DNA from: Eledone cirrhosa
Lineage: Eukaryota
Direction: 5' to 3'
Assembly: GCA_964016885.1 (NCBI GenBank)
Contig: OZ024746.1
Span: 36,890,001-36,954,000, forward strand
Length of the DNA stretch: 64,000 bases
Shown one piece after another: positions 13,600 through 28,149 of the stretch (positions are counted from its first letter, which is position 1; every line of letters starts with the position of its first letter). A program made the translations under genes and the position numbers. The notes under the pieces were generated by a model. The model did not search any database. It worked only from the letters and a program-made list of their open reading frames with translations, and had not been told where the DNA came from.

Positions 13600-13646
<47 letters not shown>

Positions 13647-13710
13647 TTAGCTCTCTCCCTCTCCCGCTCTATCTCTCTCTCTTATTTCTCTCTCTATGTA
13701 TATATATATA

Positions 13711-13883
13711 CAGGTAAAATTCCGTTATAACTAATTTTTTTCGAATAAAGAAATTGTTTTCCAATCATCGGGGTAATAACAAACAAACGGTCGATTTGTT
13801 TCGGTCTATCTCGTTGTAAAGATATTTTAGTTACAATGCATGTTTTAATACGACGTGAATTTCGTTATAACGGAATTTCACTG
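13711..13883. mobile_element. Tc1/mariner-pogo (Tigger-like) MITE
   Basis: TIRs CAGGTAAAATTCCGTTATAAC and GTTATAACGGAATTTCACTG. Preceded by TA; the 3' TA reads CA. Confidence 0.8.
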
Positions 13884-14149
13884 CATATATATATATATTT
13901 ATGTCCAGGCTAATTAGGTGCACATCCCACATTCCCACATACACTTAGTACGCACTCTGAGGCAGAATTCGACTCTTACAAGTTCATTCCATAATTAATT
14001 GAGGGAGTAATGTGTGCAAGCGAGTTTATAGTTGATACTTGTGCCTCGTCAATATATAAATCTATATTCCCACCATTTAACTGACAACCAATGGAAGTAA
14101 ATTGTATTTATTTCCGTTTTAATTATGTTTCTGTTCAATTCTCTTTTTC

Positions 14150-14435
14150 TCCCCACAAATCGGTTGAGATCTCAGTTTTAGGCGTACGGGCGTAGAGCTC
14201 TCTTCCTTTAAGATGCTTTTGCATAACCACCAAATCCCTGCTAATCAGGTCACCTGAATAAATCCCCGCCTACTAGAAGATTTATATGAAAGAAGAAATT
14301 CCAGAAGTCAATCCATCATAATATGGTGAAGTGATGAGTTAACATATTTCATTTCGTGTCATGTAATTGCTCTAATGAATACATTCTATTGTATATCACA
14401 GCATATCCTACGGACAAATTGCTCTGTCTTCATCA
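14150..14435. repeat. Inverted duplicate of 20850-21135
   Basis: CCCACAAATCGGTTGAGAT...GGACAAATTGCTCTGTC matches the reverse complement of 20853-21130 with scattered substitutions. Confidence 0.9.
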
Positions 14436-14461
14436 TATATATATATATATATATATATATG

Positions 14462-15075
14462 TATAATACAAAGAGTGAAAACAATGAAATTAAACAAAAT
14501 ACGGGTAATTCATAGTAAAACTCACTATTTTACGATCGTTTCTGTGGGGTAGTGCACCGTATGTTCATTCTATTAGTGATATATGTAAAATATATTACAA
14601 ATTATGAAAGTAAGAAAAATATACAATAGTCTTACCTACTCGCTGTCTTCAGAAATAATGAGTTTTATTTATTGAAGACATGTATGAATAATTATTAATT
14701 AATAACATAGTGTATACATGTATAATTACCACTAAGGACTCTAATCAATCCTATATTAGATCCACATCTAATCCGTTTAAATTGAGATTTTATGCGCATA
14801 CCCACAGTTTTCGAAACACAACATTAGCTAATACCACTTATTTAGCGGAAGCAGTTAATAATTGTAAAAAGAAGAAGATTAATTATAACCTAACTTGGAA
14901 GATTCTCAAAGAGCCATTTCTTATCAGTGCAATAGAAAGGAGTGTGGACTATGTTCTCAATAATTTTTTGCAATTACTAAATCGAAAGACATTCTATTAA
15001 ATAAAAGACAGGATTTAATTATCGCATGTAACCATAGAATTAGAAAGACATTCAATTATTATAAATACAACTAAA
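14462..15075 (+). mobile_element. Penelope-like element: inverted 3'-end copy (14462-14700) plus GIY-YIG endonuclease remnant
   Basis: IVYTCIITT...SYIRSTSNPFKLRFYAHTHSFRN...YNLTWKILK, then after a frameshift CGLC...LLNKRQDLIIACNHR. The left segment is the reverse complement of 19659-19900. Confidence 0.85.
14521..14662 (-). ncRNA. Type I hammerhead motif, family B
   Basis: Minus strand: CTCATTATTT-CTGAAGA-long stem II-GAAAC-GATC-GTA-AAATAGTGAG. Confidence 0.7.
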
Positions 15076-15129
15076 CAAATAAAGAAAAGAATATAAATGA
15101 AAAAATGTATTTATATATATATATATATA

Positions 15130-15313
15130 ATTGTTTCTACTTTCCGCACAAGGCCAACAATTAACTAGTACATTACTGGTACTTTATTTTACCGACCTCA
15201 TAAGGATGAAAGGCAAAGTTAACCTTGGCGGGATTTGAACTCAGATCGTAAAGGGATGCAACTATGCTAGAAAGCATGTGCAACCCTCTACCAACTCTGC
15301 CAATCCACCGCCC
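15130..15313 (-). mobile_element. Nin/Deu-type SINE
   Basis: Reverse complement of the SINE consensus, including the B-box and the head GGGCGGTGGATTGGCAG. Confidence 0.9.
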
Positions 15314-15374
15314 TATATATATATATAATAAACCTATGTTCGTAATGACTCTCTGTTTTGTTCCCGTTCCATTT

Positions 15375-15446
<72 letters not shown>

Positions 15447-15449
15447 GAT

Positions 15450-15805
15450 AAATCTACCAAGAGTTTACGGTAGTGTCCAATCCGTATGAAGAACTCAATG
15501 TATTCCGGATATCATGGAAAGAAGAGATGTAATGAAAAATCACTTTCGGTGAAAGATAAACGGTATACAGAGTCAAGATAAAATATTAAACAAATAATGA
15601 ATAAACAATTCCTTATATTAAACAAAAAAAGTTCATTATTTAACGATCGTTTCTAGGATATATATGTGTTAGAATTGGTATGCATATTCAACAGATCTAT
15701 GTACAAAATTATACAAAATTATACAAATTATCAAGATTAAATATACATACCAAACACATATATACGCCGTCTTCAGAAATAATGAAGTATATTTATTGAT
15801 AATAA
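15450..15805 (-). mobile_element. PLE 3' end, family B, with hammerhead motif (15632-15786)
   Basis: Minus strand: TTCATTATTT-CTGAAGA-CGGCG...GAAAC-GATC-GTT-AAATAATGAA. The tail matches 19975-20010. A partial plus-strand copy lies at 6575-6670. Confidence 0.75.
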
Positions 15806-16299
15806 CAACAATTCAAAATTTCAGGTCCGTTTGGGAACAAAAATTGACCAATGAAAACACAAAGGGTTAAATGCAGTTCGGTGTGTGTATATACATGTAA
15901 AACCCTTACACATATTTTACAAAAATGTATGTATAATTTGTATACGCATACTAAAAGGATGGATGCAAATACAAAATTTCAAGGTTAATGTCTCTGTAAA
16001 TTTATAATATACAGATAAGATGCGTATTGACACTTATGAAATTAAGTATACAAATATATTTTTTCATACTCACATATATCTGTACAATCACACATACACG
16101 CGCGTATATGCATAAATATACACATAACCACGAACATACAAACACACACACACACCCCCACTCACATTTATATATGTGGATATAAAATCATAAGCACATG
16201 GATATTAATTCACTCACATAAAACACTGGCACACACATTTTTAGATCAAGATACAGAAATTAGGTGGGAGGGGGGGGGGGTCAGTATTCAACGGTCTGA

Positions 16300-16487
16300 G
16301 CAGACTGCCTAATATAGATGTATCTATAAACTAAGAAAAATAAAAAAATAAAAAAATAAAAAAATAAAATATAATAAATAAACATTAAAGAGGAAAGAAT
16401 AGAAAGAAAAACAGAAAAAAGAAAAAAGAAAAAAGAAAAAAGAAATATATCAAGAAAATAAATATATATATATATATACACATATAT

Positions 16488-16530
<43 letters not shown>

Positions 16531-16722
16531 TATACATATATATAAATATACATATATATACACATAGACACACACACACCCATACATAAATATACACTCA
16601 TATACAAACACATACATACATATATACACATTCACACTAAGAACATACATACACACACATATATAAACATATACATATACACGCATACATACATATATAC
16701 ATATACACACAAATACACATAC

Positions 16723-16791
<69 letters not shown>

Positions 16792-17100
16792 TGTGTGTAT
16801 ATACACGTACATATACACACACATATACATATAATCACACATACTATATAGACACAGATATATATAACCACACACATACATGCACATATACAACACTTAC
16901 ATACTAATATACATACAGATATACACATACATAGCTATATATACACACAAATATATACAGACTTACATATATACGTACAGACAAATACTTACGCATCTAT
17001 ATATCGGTATATACATACAAACACCACTACACTATCACACAACTTAGAAATACAAAGAGAAAGGTATATACCTATACACACATACATATACAAATAGAAA

Positions 17101-17146
<46 letters not shown>

Positions 17147-17169
17147 TATACATATACATATATATATAT

Positions 17170-17207
<38 letters not shown>

Positions 17208-17443
17208 CAAATACACATACACACACATACAGATATATACACATACATACATGTACACGCACATAGAAATATTTACGCATACACACATACATACATACAT
17301 ATAAAGTCATACACACACTTACACCTACACGAACATACACATACACATATATAAATATATATATACACACACACACACACAACACATACACACATACACA
17401 TATATATAAAAAATAAATAATAAAGATATATACATATATATAT

Positions 17444-17510
<67 letters not shown>

Positions 17511-17880
17511 CACCTAAAAATATACATACACATACATACACACATACATAGACATACATGTACATACATACACGTACATCGATATACATATATATATATA
17601 TATACATACATAGATATATACATACAAACACACACAACTTACATACACACATATATATACATGTATATTCATACATAGAATTAGATATATAATCATACAT
17701 ACATATGCACTTACTTATACTCATATATACAAATACATACGCATCCATATATGCGTATATACATAAAAAACCACTACAACCTCACCTAACTCAGACATAC
17801 AAATAAAAATAATAATAAAAAGGCATATGTATATACATACACACACGCATTAATAGAGATATATATCTACACATACATAT

Positions 17881-17934
<54 letters not shown>

Positions 17935-18310
17935 ACTCATACATATATATATATATATATACATAGATACCCACACACTCATACCACCATAAATACACAT
18001 ACAAACACCCACTTATACATATATATACACACGTATATATATATATATATATACACACACATAAAAAACAGACATGCACATATATATATATATTTTTTTA
18101 CACTTATATATACACATATTATATACACATACACAACCTCACTTATACACACATACACATAAGTTATATTATAATAATAAAAAATAATATATATATATAT
18201 ATATACACATATATATATATATATATACATACATACGTATATACATATATAAACATATAAACATATACATACATATATACACACATACGAATATAGACAT
18301 ATATTCACAC
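16300..18310. repeat. Long degenerate (TA)/(CA)/(CATA) low-complexity tract
   Basis: Direct reading. Source of many YIYI/CVCV ORFs. Confidence 0.95.
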
Positions 18311-19025
18311 ATTAATCCATAGGTTCAATCCTATATCTCATCCATATAACTGTTTTAAATAGTTAACGATTAATGAACACTATTTATTACGTTATATTCA
18401 ACACTCTAACAAAATGTTAACAGACATGCATTTAAACCTATTAAGAAAACCAGATTATTAATGAGATTTATTATTCGAAAATAAAATTCACTACAGGTAA
18501 AATTTCATTCTGACTACTCTAACACAATACAATACTTATACAAATTCTATTATTTTCCTACATACATATTCTTTTATCTAAATTTTACTTTTCTTTTGTT
18601 CCATCTATATTCCTCTACTTGTTCTATTTTTAGAACAAATTATTCCTCTTGAACAAAGAAATAACAAATATTTAGGATCGTTCTATACTATTCTACTAGA
18701 GATAACACACTGATATCTACACCGCTTTTCCTCCAACTTTAATATTCTTTGACCGTCCACACTTTTCTATACAATCTGTCTAAATTCCTTTACACTTGCA
18801 ACTTTCTTTTCTTTTCTAAAGGTCATCTGAAACCCCATCCCCTGAATGCTAAGCTATTCATCTACTACTACCAGATTAATAATCTATATTTCCCCTTCCT
18901 ATTTTTACTATTGGTCAATCTCAATTGTGTTTTTCTATTGGCCAAGAACATTGTCATTGTGGTGAAGTTAGAATTTAATGTAAATTTTCAGTTTAGATGT
19001 TGTCTTCCTGTTTATTCTACAACAA

Positions 19026-19642
19026 CTACAACGGTACGCGATGGGGCCCACCCACAGCCCCGGCGGACAGAATGGAAAAGGCGTTTCCCCGGAAGACGGC
19101 GAGGGAGACGCGTGGAAGAGCCACTCCAACTCACGGGTCTCACACCTGCGGCTGGCCAGCTCAGCGCCAATGGTGGTGAGTAAGAAGGTAGCCATGGGGC
19201 CGAGGACACCAGAAGTCTCCACTGCCAGGGGTACGACCGCAACCTGTCGGAGAGCGACCGGTATTTGAGGAGTTTGGCACCCTCAGCCCGTCGTGCAGCA
19301 GAACCTGTGTCAGTCGCAGACTGCACCAGGTTCCGGCTAGAGAAAGTGTCGGTGCAAGTGGCATCCCAGACGAGGGTTTTTACACCGCGGAACGGGAAGA
19401 TGGTCATTCCATCTGGCCTTTTGCCGTCTCCTCGATCCACACCCACCGGCTCGATCAGGGTAGGGAAGCCTGCAGCGTCTAAACCATGCTTAATGACCCC
19501 GTTGAGGGCAGAATGGCGTGGAATGCGGCCGACACTGTGGCGACAGGAAAGCGGGTGGAGGCCGAAAGAGTCCACAGTGGAACCGCAGCGACATGGGTGT
19601 GGCTAGCAGATCCGGAGGCCGAGCCTCAGGGAAACGCCGATG
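19026..19642 (-). mobile_element. CRE-clade non-LTR retrotransposon 3' fragment (CCHC finger plus RLE)
   Basis: CGSTVDSFGLHPLSC...RHSALNGVIKHGLDAAGFPTLIEPVGVDRGDGKRPDGMTIFPF...LVWDATCTDT, then VETSGVLGP...LAVFRGNAFSIL after frameshifts. Confidence 0.88.
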
Positions 19643-19658
19643 ATCTTAAAAGGTTACT

Positions 19659-20020
19659 TATTCATACATGTTTTTATATTCTTCAATAAACAAATCTCAT
19701 TATTTCTGAAGACGGCGGGTAGGGAAGACATATGTATATGTTTCTTACTTTGATAATTTGTAATATATTTTACATAGATCACTAATAGAATGAATATACA
19801 TAGAACTCCCCGACAAAAACGATCGTAAAATAATGAGTTTTACTATGAAATACTCGTACTTTGTTTAATTTCCTTGTTTTCACTATTTGTATTATTTTGA
19901 CTCTGCTTCAAATGAATTATATCGTTGAAATTGTGTATTTTAAACTTTGCTTCACGACATCTTCTACATACGGATTACACTGAGTTCTTCATACGGCTTG
20001 GACTCTACAATTAATTAGTG
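19659..20020 (+). mobile_element. PLE 3' end, family B, with hammerhead motif (19696-19837)
   Basis: CTCATTATTT-CTGAAGA-CGGCGGG...CCCCGAC-AAAAAC (GAAAC variant)-GATC-GTA-AAATAATGAG. Ends in (TA)n. Confidence 0.78.
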
Positions 20021-20024
20021 GATG

Positions 20025-20089
<65 letters not shown>

Positions 20090-22138
20090 ACACACACGCG
20101 CCCTCACACACGCGCACACATATATATCTATATATAGATCCTTCAATATAGCCATGCAACTATTACAGTTATTCATATGACTGAAATTTTGAATCAATGG
20201 GTTGTTTAAAATTAGGGTTTACACGAAATATGAGAGCATTTGATTACTTTGCAAGAATAAACATACATGCATACACACACACACAATCACACACACACAC
20301 ACACACACAGCTGTGTGTGTATTACATTTGTAAATGCTTCTGTGTACGATGAGTGGCCTGATAAAATAAGAAAACGCAATGACATATATAGAAGAATTAC
20401 AACATCGATATGACGGACAATGTAAAGCTGATGCACCGATATAGTCGTATCTTATAAAAAAAAACATACATGTATGGGAATAGTAATATTTGAAGCTTTG
20501 ATTTTAGATTCATATTCAGGAAATCTAGAAAGTCATTCCCAAACCACTATCAAAGGTATGCGATGAATATATTTATTTCAACGCAAGTTTATATCACTTT
20601 GCTTTTCGATTATATATAATTTTACATATCAAATATAATAAAATAAATTGACATACGGACTAAATTTGTTCTATTTTATAGCTTTGCTTCATAACTTATT
20701 GATTCAGCTTGCGTAAACGATATCCAAAATTATTAATATTCAAGGAAATAAAGCAGTTAAAGAATTGTACACTTTAGAATTTGTGGGATTCAAATACAGA
20801 AAAGGACGTAAATACAAGCCCAATGAGTTTTGTTTTTCCGTACGAAATATGATGACAGAGCAATTTGTCCGTAGGATATGCTGTGATATACAATAGAATG
20901 TATTCACTAGAGCAATTACATAACACGAAATGAAATATGTTAACTCATTACTTCACCATATTATGTTGGATTGGCATCTAGAATATCTTCTTTCATATAA
21001 ATCTTCTAGTAAGCGGGGATTTATTCAGGTGACCTCTTTGCTAGGGGTTTGGTGGTTATACAAAATCATCTTAAAGTAAGATAGCTCTACGTGTATACGC
21101 CTAAAATTAATATCTCAACCGATTTGTGGGAAAAAAAGCATATATATCAATAACATTTCAAATATTTTGTGGAGATAGCTGAACGTAAAATGAAAACACT
21201 AGTTTAGATATTCCTGTATTGTTATTGGTAATGTTGAAACATCAATTCAAATGTGATTATTGGCAGATTACCATGTCTGAAACTCAGTATTCCTTGGACG
21301 TAGCCACGACCTTAGGATATATTTCGATAAACTATGTACATCAACATTTAGACAATTCGGGCTTGCTGCATTTAACTATATTTGTCCGTTTCAACTCTAG
21401 ACATTATAAAGCTAATAATTGTTTAACATATTTTTTTCCTTGAATATTCGATAATTATTTTACACAAACTTATTTCATAAGATAAGAAACAGTACTCACA
21501 TCATAGAACACAATTCATCTGCATGAAAATATATTTTATTTTGTCTGATATGTGAAATTGAATATCATCGAATATTTTAAAAAGCAAAGTAATATATACC
21601 TCAGTTAAAATATACTTATTTATCGCATACCTTTGATAGTCCGTTGAGTATAACTTTCTAGTTTCTCCTGGAGGGAAACCAGCATGGTTTCCTGAATATC
21701 AATAAAAAAACAGACTTCCAAATATGAATATTCTTATACATCTGGTTTTCATAAGATAAGGATATGCGTTTCCCTTCTTTACACAGTAATGCTTCTGTAT
21801 AGTTATACGATATTTTCCTATTTCAACAAGCCACTAAACATATACAGAAGCATTTACATACTTTATATATTTATGTTTCAGCATGTATGGGTGTTTGTTC
21901 GGATAAAGTAATCAAATACTCTGATTATAAACGGCTAATCCTCAAAATATTCTAGTTATATGAATCACTGTAATAGATGAATGGCTATGATAAAGTAATA
22001 TATATATAGCAATGAATTTCAAATCGAAATGTTCTGGGCAGACCACTATACGTACGATGTGAACAGTAATGTAAATATCCTCTGTCTGATTATGGGGTGT
22101 GTTGAACATTCTAATCAAACGATATTGAGAGTGCAATT

Positions 22139-22282
22139 AGGGCGGTTGATTTGCAGCATCGGTAGAGGGATGGGCGCCATTATTTGCAGCATAGAGTTAC
22201 GAGCTTTGAACTCTGTGTTCAAATCCCGCCGAGGTAAATTTGCGTAACGTGTTACCAGTAATACTGTGGCATAATTGCTGGC
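22139..22282 (+). mobile_element. Nin/Deu-type SINE, internally deleted
   Basis: Head GGGCGGTTGATTTGCAG and GTTCAAATCCCGCCGAGG present; central domain missing. Confidence 0.8.
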
Positions 22283-22399
22283 ATTTAGCGAAATTTTATT
22301 ACAGAAAATGTCTATTACTTGGACTTAGCCAAGAACATAGGATTGATTTGAGATAAACTTAGTTCAGAGACCACTGTAGGAATTCATTTCCTTACTTAC

Positions 22400-22877
22400 T
22401 TTCTATAATCTGAATGTTTAAGGCCCGAGATTTAAATTGCCAATATATTGTCCTTTTTATTTCACTATCTCCTCCATTTCGCCATATTCAAAGTGCGAGA
22501 TTCTAGGTTATATGTATACAAAATAGCCAGAGCGTTGTACACAAATATGTTTACCATATACTTTATTCACATACATAATCAGCACAATATTCCCTTCTTT
22601 TCTATCTGTATTGTCCAAGCGCTGACATCGTGCATAATAGATTTACTCGCGGGAAGGGACAGTAACATACCAAAATAAGACTAATATTTTAGCAAATAGA
22701 TTTACAGAAGTTGTCTAACCCTACAAAGTAGACTTAAATGTTTATATATCTCCTATCAACTTCCTCAATTTCATAATTTAAATTTGTTATACGTTTTGCT
22801 GATATCCGCATTTTGAAAGAAGTTATGTCAAGCTCAGACCATTGGTGGGTGTTTGAGTTATCATCACTGTTTATTCC
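22400..22877 (-). pseudogene. Exon-like decayed coding segment, unknown product
   Basis: Minus strand TATAG| ... |GTAAGT. Manual translation: GINSDDNSNTHQWSELDITSFKMRISAKRITNLNYEIEEVDRRYINI*VYFVGLDNFC... Confidence 0.3.
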
Positions 22878-24985
22878 CTATAATGTGAAAACAACATGAA
22901 TGCGAGATTCAGTGAATAATTTTCTATGAGAGTATCGTGTCATTGATGATTTCCTCTCATACGGCATATATATATAGAGAGAGAATTGCGATTGTCACTC
23001 CTCTAATCGATATTGTATAAATAAGGTGCTCGATCCGAAGTGAACAGAAAAACTAGCAACTGCCACTACCACATTAATTTACTATAAACACAATTATCAT
23101 CAATTACCGTACTGTCAAGACGATCTCTTAACCGGCTGAAATTAATAACCGGATCGTTAAACGCATAAGTAAATTAGATAATGTAGTTTTGGTATACTGT
23201 GTCTGTGGGCCTTGCGATTGGAAGGTCTGTAATTCTATAACAGCTCTCGGATATGACTTGTAGACTTGTAGCTCTCGTGCAGATTTAGTGCTTTGGTTTC
23301 GTTTGTAGTTGCACGACTACAAACCACATCAAACTAAACAGCTTAAAAATGTTAACATGTAGTAGTAATAGTAGTAGTAGTGGTGGTGGTGGTGGTAGTG
23401 GCATTAGTAGTAGTAGTAGTAGTGTTAGTACTATTACTCTGACAATGAAGAGGGTGAACATTTTGTGGTTGTCATTTTACGATTTTTTTGTGGTTATCAT
23501 TTTACAAGTATGTTTTATGATTATATGCGAAAGTGTGTGTCTGTGTGTGTATGTGTGCACGATACTATATATATATACGGACATCACATGTGCAGATGCA
23601 TCTATTCTAATACATACATGTACGTTTCCCTCACATTATCTAGCAGGTGAGCCACAGACGCGGTTTGGGCCGCATCCAAGCTCAGACAAAGAAACATTCT
23701 CACACACACACACACAATACACACACATATGCTCACCCACACACATATGTTTTCATACCTCCTCGACGCTTACCTCACCTGCAAGACTCCAATACACGGT
23801 CTTCAATCCGACAGTTATTTCTTCTAATTTAGCATTATGACTACTAGTGTTTTAGTGATAAAATTATATTTTGTCTATTTTTATTCTGTACTTAATATCA
23901 TCTATTTCATAATCTTTCGTGATTTCCAAACAACCACACTTCTCGCTTTCATTCTGTATTTTAGTGAAGGACTTCTTTTAGAAATTTAACACACTTTTTG
24001 CTATTCTATCAAGCGCTGAACTAATATACATCATTATATGATATTGGTCTACGTGTTTTTGTGAATGGGTGAGGTATGAACGTGTGTCAGCAAGTGTAAT
24101 CGTTTTGTTATATTCAAATGTATATGCACATGAATATAACGATAAGGGCATGAATCCTTTTCTTCTAATGTCTATATACAATATGATACTTTTAGCTTAT
24201 AATACTTGTGTCAGTATCCATAGCAAGCAGGCTGATAGCTACGTATTATTTTTTTTATTTAGAAAACATAATGTAGACTGATTCCTAGGACAAACAAAAT
24301 GTCCTTTATCTTCGCGTATTGGTTTTCCCTTCTTTATGTTAACTCGACAAATTATAACGTGTATAATTCTTAAACTGCTTTATTTCCTTGAATATTCAAT
24401 AATTATGTAAGTCTTATAAGCAAGCTGAATTAATAAGTCATGGAACAGAGCTATATAATATAATACATTTAGTCCGTGTGAAAATCTATTTTATTTTGTC
24501 TGATATGTGAAATGTTAAATCATCGAATGTTTTAAAAAGCAAAGTAATATATACATAAGTTAAAACAGATGCTTTATCGCATATCTATTATAGTCGGTTG
24601 AGTATAACTTTCTAGTTTCTCCTGAAGGGAAACCAACTTGGTTTCCTGAATAATAATACAAAAATCAGAGTTACAAATATTAATGGTCCCATACATAAGT
24701 AATTGTTTTCATCCTGATTCACAACATTACGTAAGGCAAGGGCCAAAACCTGTAGGTCAATTATTATTTTTCGACATAGCTGTTATTTGTCATGTTTACT
24801 ACACATTATCTCGCTTAGTTATTTTTGTCAAATCACCAAATCTAGCCAGACATCTATATATTCGCATATACTCACATCTTCACCCTCCTCCTCTCTCTCT
24901 CTCTCTATATATATATATATGCTACTTGGCAAATAACTATATGTATCACCGATCCCCCCTTTTTTTCTCTTTCTCGATACGTAAA

Positions 24986-25028
<43 letters not shown>

Positions 25029-25789
25029 TGCACACACATACACTCACATATATATATGTGTGTGCGTGTGTAGGTCTATAGATTTCCAGTAACTACAATT
25101 AAGGGATATAAACAATATAAATAAATATATATATATAGATACGAATATATGTAGATCTGATTTTTAACTATGATTCGGTGAACTACGTATGATTTCCTTC
25201 GTGAGGAACTAGTATCTCATAATCAAACGACTATCAATGACTTGCGATAAATTAATTAGCTTACATTAGGTGTACATTAGTTTCGATGAATTACAATTTA
25301 ATCCAGTAGGTTCAATTACATATATTTTAATAACCACTAAATATAATCTAACATGGAGCTCTTACTTGACGTATAGAATTAGTTTACCTTAAACATCCAT
25401 AACTAAACAAATTGATTATTTTTAACATTTTTCTTTTAACGAATGAATATAACTTATTTTGCACAGTTGTATGCTTAAAAGAAAACGCACTATTAAAGGG
25501 AACAACATGGGGAAATGAAAAAAATAAAAATAAAACAGTATGAAGCATTGGAAGTAAAGGAGAAGGGCAGGCACAACACCCTATCAGAGCGATGCCTCAT
25601 CTGATTCTCATAGACAAAATGACAACGGCAACCCCACCTCACGGGGCTTCCCACTCTCTTATTTTTAACACTTTAGGAACGTATCCTTTCACATTATGTT
25701 TCAATTTCAACAATTTAATAGAGGGCAAATGTAACAAGGACAAATATAGTTGTTTTTTTCCGCCTAAATTGAGTATTCAGTACTCACTG

Positions 25790-25960
25790 ATAGATATGTG
25801 GTAGAGCTTGCACCAGTGGGGACTTCCATCGGTCGAGGTCCCCGGACCACTGCTGCTCGCAGGCGAGAGCCCATTGTAACGCATCTCCCTCGCCATCCTC
25901 CAGGGCTATGTACGTTCCACCCTGTCGGCTGGGACCCTGAGCCGCAGGGTAAGTTAGTAG
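25790..25960 (+). mobile_element. CRE-like 3' terminal fragment
   Basis: GC-rich island translating to RISLAILQGYVRSTLSAG, similar to the end of the 19026 element. Confidence 0.55.
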
Positions 25961-26316
25961 GATGTGCATGATACTCGATCGGACATCACACCTTTCTTCT
26001 TCTCAACCCACTTTAACGCGCTCGATCTCACTTGACCATAAAGTCTTATGTGCTATACAAGTCTATTAACAACAGTCAGCTTGCGTGTTATTGATATTAT
26101 GCTCAGACTACTACATGCAAACACGCATGCACACTAGACAGATTACACTAAAGCAAACGAATCCCAACGCACGCAATTACGCACGCACACACGAACACAT
26201 CCGAAATGTAGATTATTTTCCTACATTATAAAGCGTTACAATTACATATTTCTTCATTATTCGGTATAGACTGGGTTGTTGTTTTCGTTTACTTTTACAC
26301 ACACACACTCACACAA

Positions 26317-26361
<45 letters not shown>

Positions 26362-26667
26362 TACAAAAAAAATCACCCCCACACACGCACATACACAGAT
26401 ACACAAACATCCACACACACATATATATATATTTAATGTGTTGTTTATTTACAGATGGGGCAGTAGATTGACAACTCAATGCTAATATTTTGGTCCTTCA
26501 AAACACTTCGACGACATCACGTTTGTCTATTAACGAAAGCATCATGTATCTGGTCCATATGTTGACATCAGAAACCAAATAATACCAACATTGTTTCTAC
26601 TGACTATACGTATGTTTAATGATTAAATCTCCGACTCTCTCGCCCTCCCCATCTCTCTGTATTATTA

Positions 26668-26870
26668 GCAAATGGGACCCACGTGCTAGCCGGCCGACTG
26701 CCTCGGTAGACAGAATGGAGAAGGCGTTTCCCCCGAGGATGGTAAGGGAGATGCGCTGGAAGAGACATTCCATCTCGCGAGGCTCACCCCTGGCCAGCTC
26801 AACGCCTATTGTGGTAAGTGGGGAGCGAGCGCTTTAGCCAAGGACACGACCGCAAACCTGTCGGTTACGC
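26668..26870 (-). mobile_element. CRE-like 3' terminal fragment
   Basis: GACAGAATGGAGAAGGCGTTTCCCC...GGCCAGCTCAACGCC is similar to 19065-19250. Confidence 0.8.
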
Positions 26871-27031
26871 AGATGATCAAATATTAATTTGAAACTCGGT
26901 GAGAACAACTGCTCAAACTATGATAGTAATCTACAGGCTTACAGTTGTGGCCAGCCGCGTATAGTCCCGCTATTAGAAAAATCAAAATGTATGCTTGATT
27001 GATCTTGAAAGGGGGATGACTGAAGATTAAG

Positions 27032-27083
<52 letters not shown>

Positions 27084-27109
27084 TTCTGCGTGTGCGTGTG
27101 TGTGTTTAA

Positions 27110-28060
<951 letters not shown>

Positions 28061-28149
28061 TATATATATGCTAGCATGAGTATGCATCTGTGTATATATA
28101 TGTTTCTAGATATACTAATTAATTCTTTATATATATATATATATTTCAT

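Larger units (their letters stand above)
20210..24695. repeat. Three diverged copies of a coding-like segment (20210-20770 +, 21430-21950 -, 24375-24695 -)
   Basis: Shared blocks TTTCCTTGAATATT, TTTTATTTTGTCTGATATGTGAAA, AAAGCAAAGTAATATATAC and ATCGCATACCTTTGATAGT. The 20210 and 24375 copies translate to (I/L)NIQGNKAV.ELYTL.FV. Confidence 0.85.
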
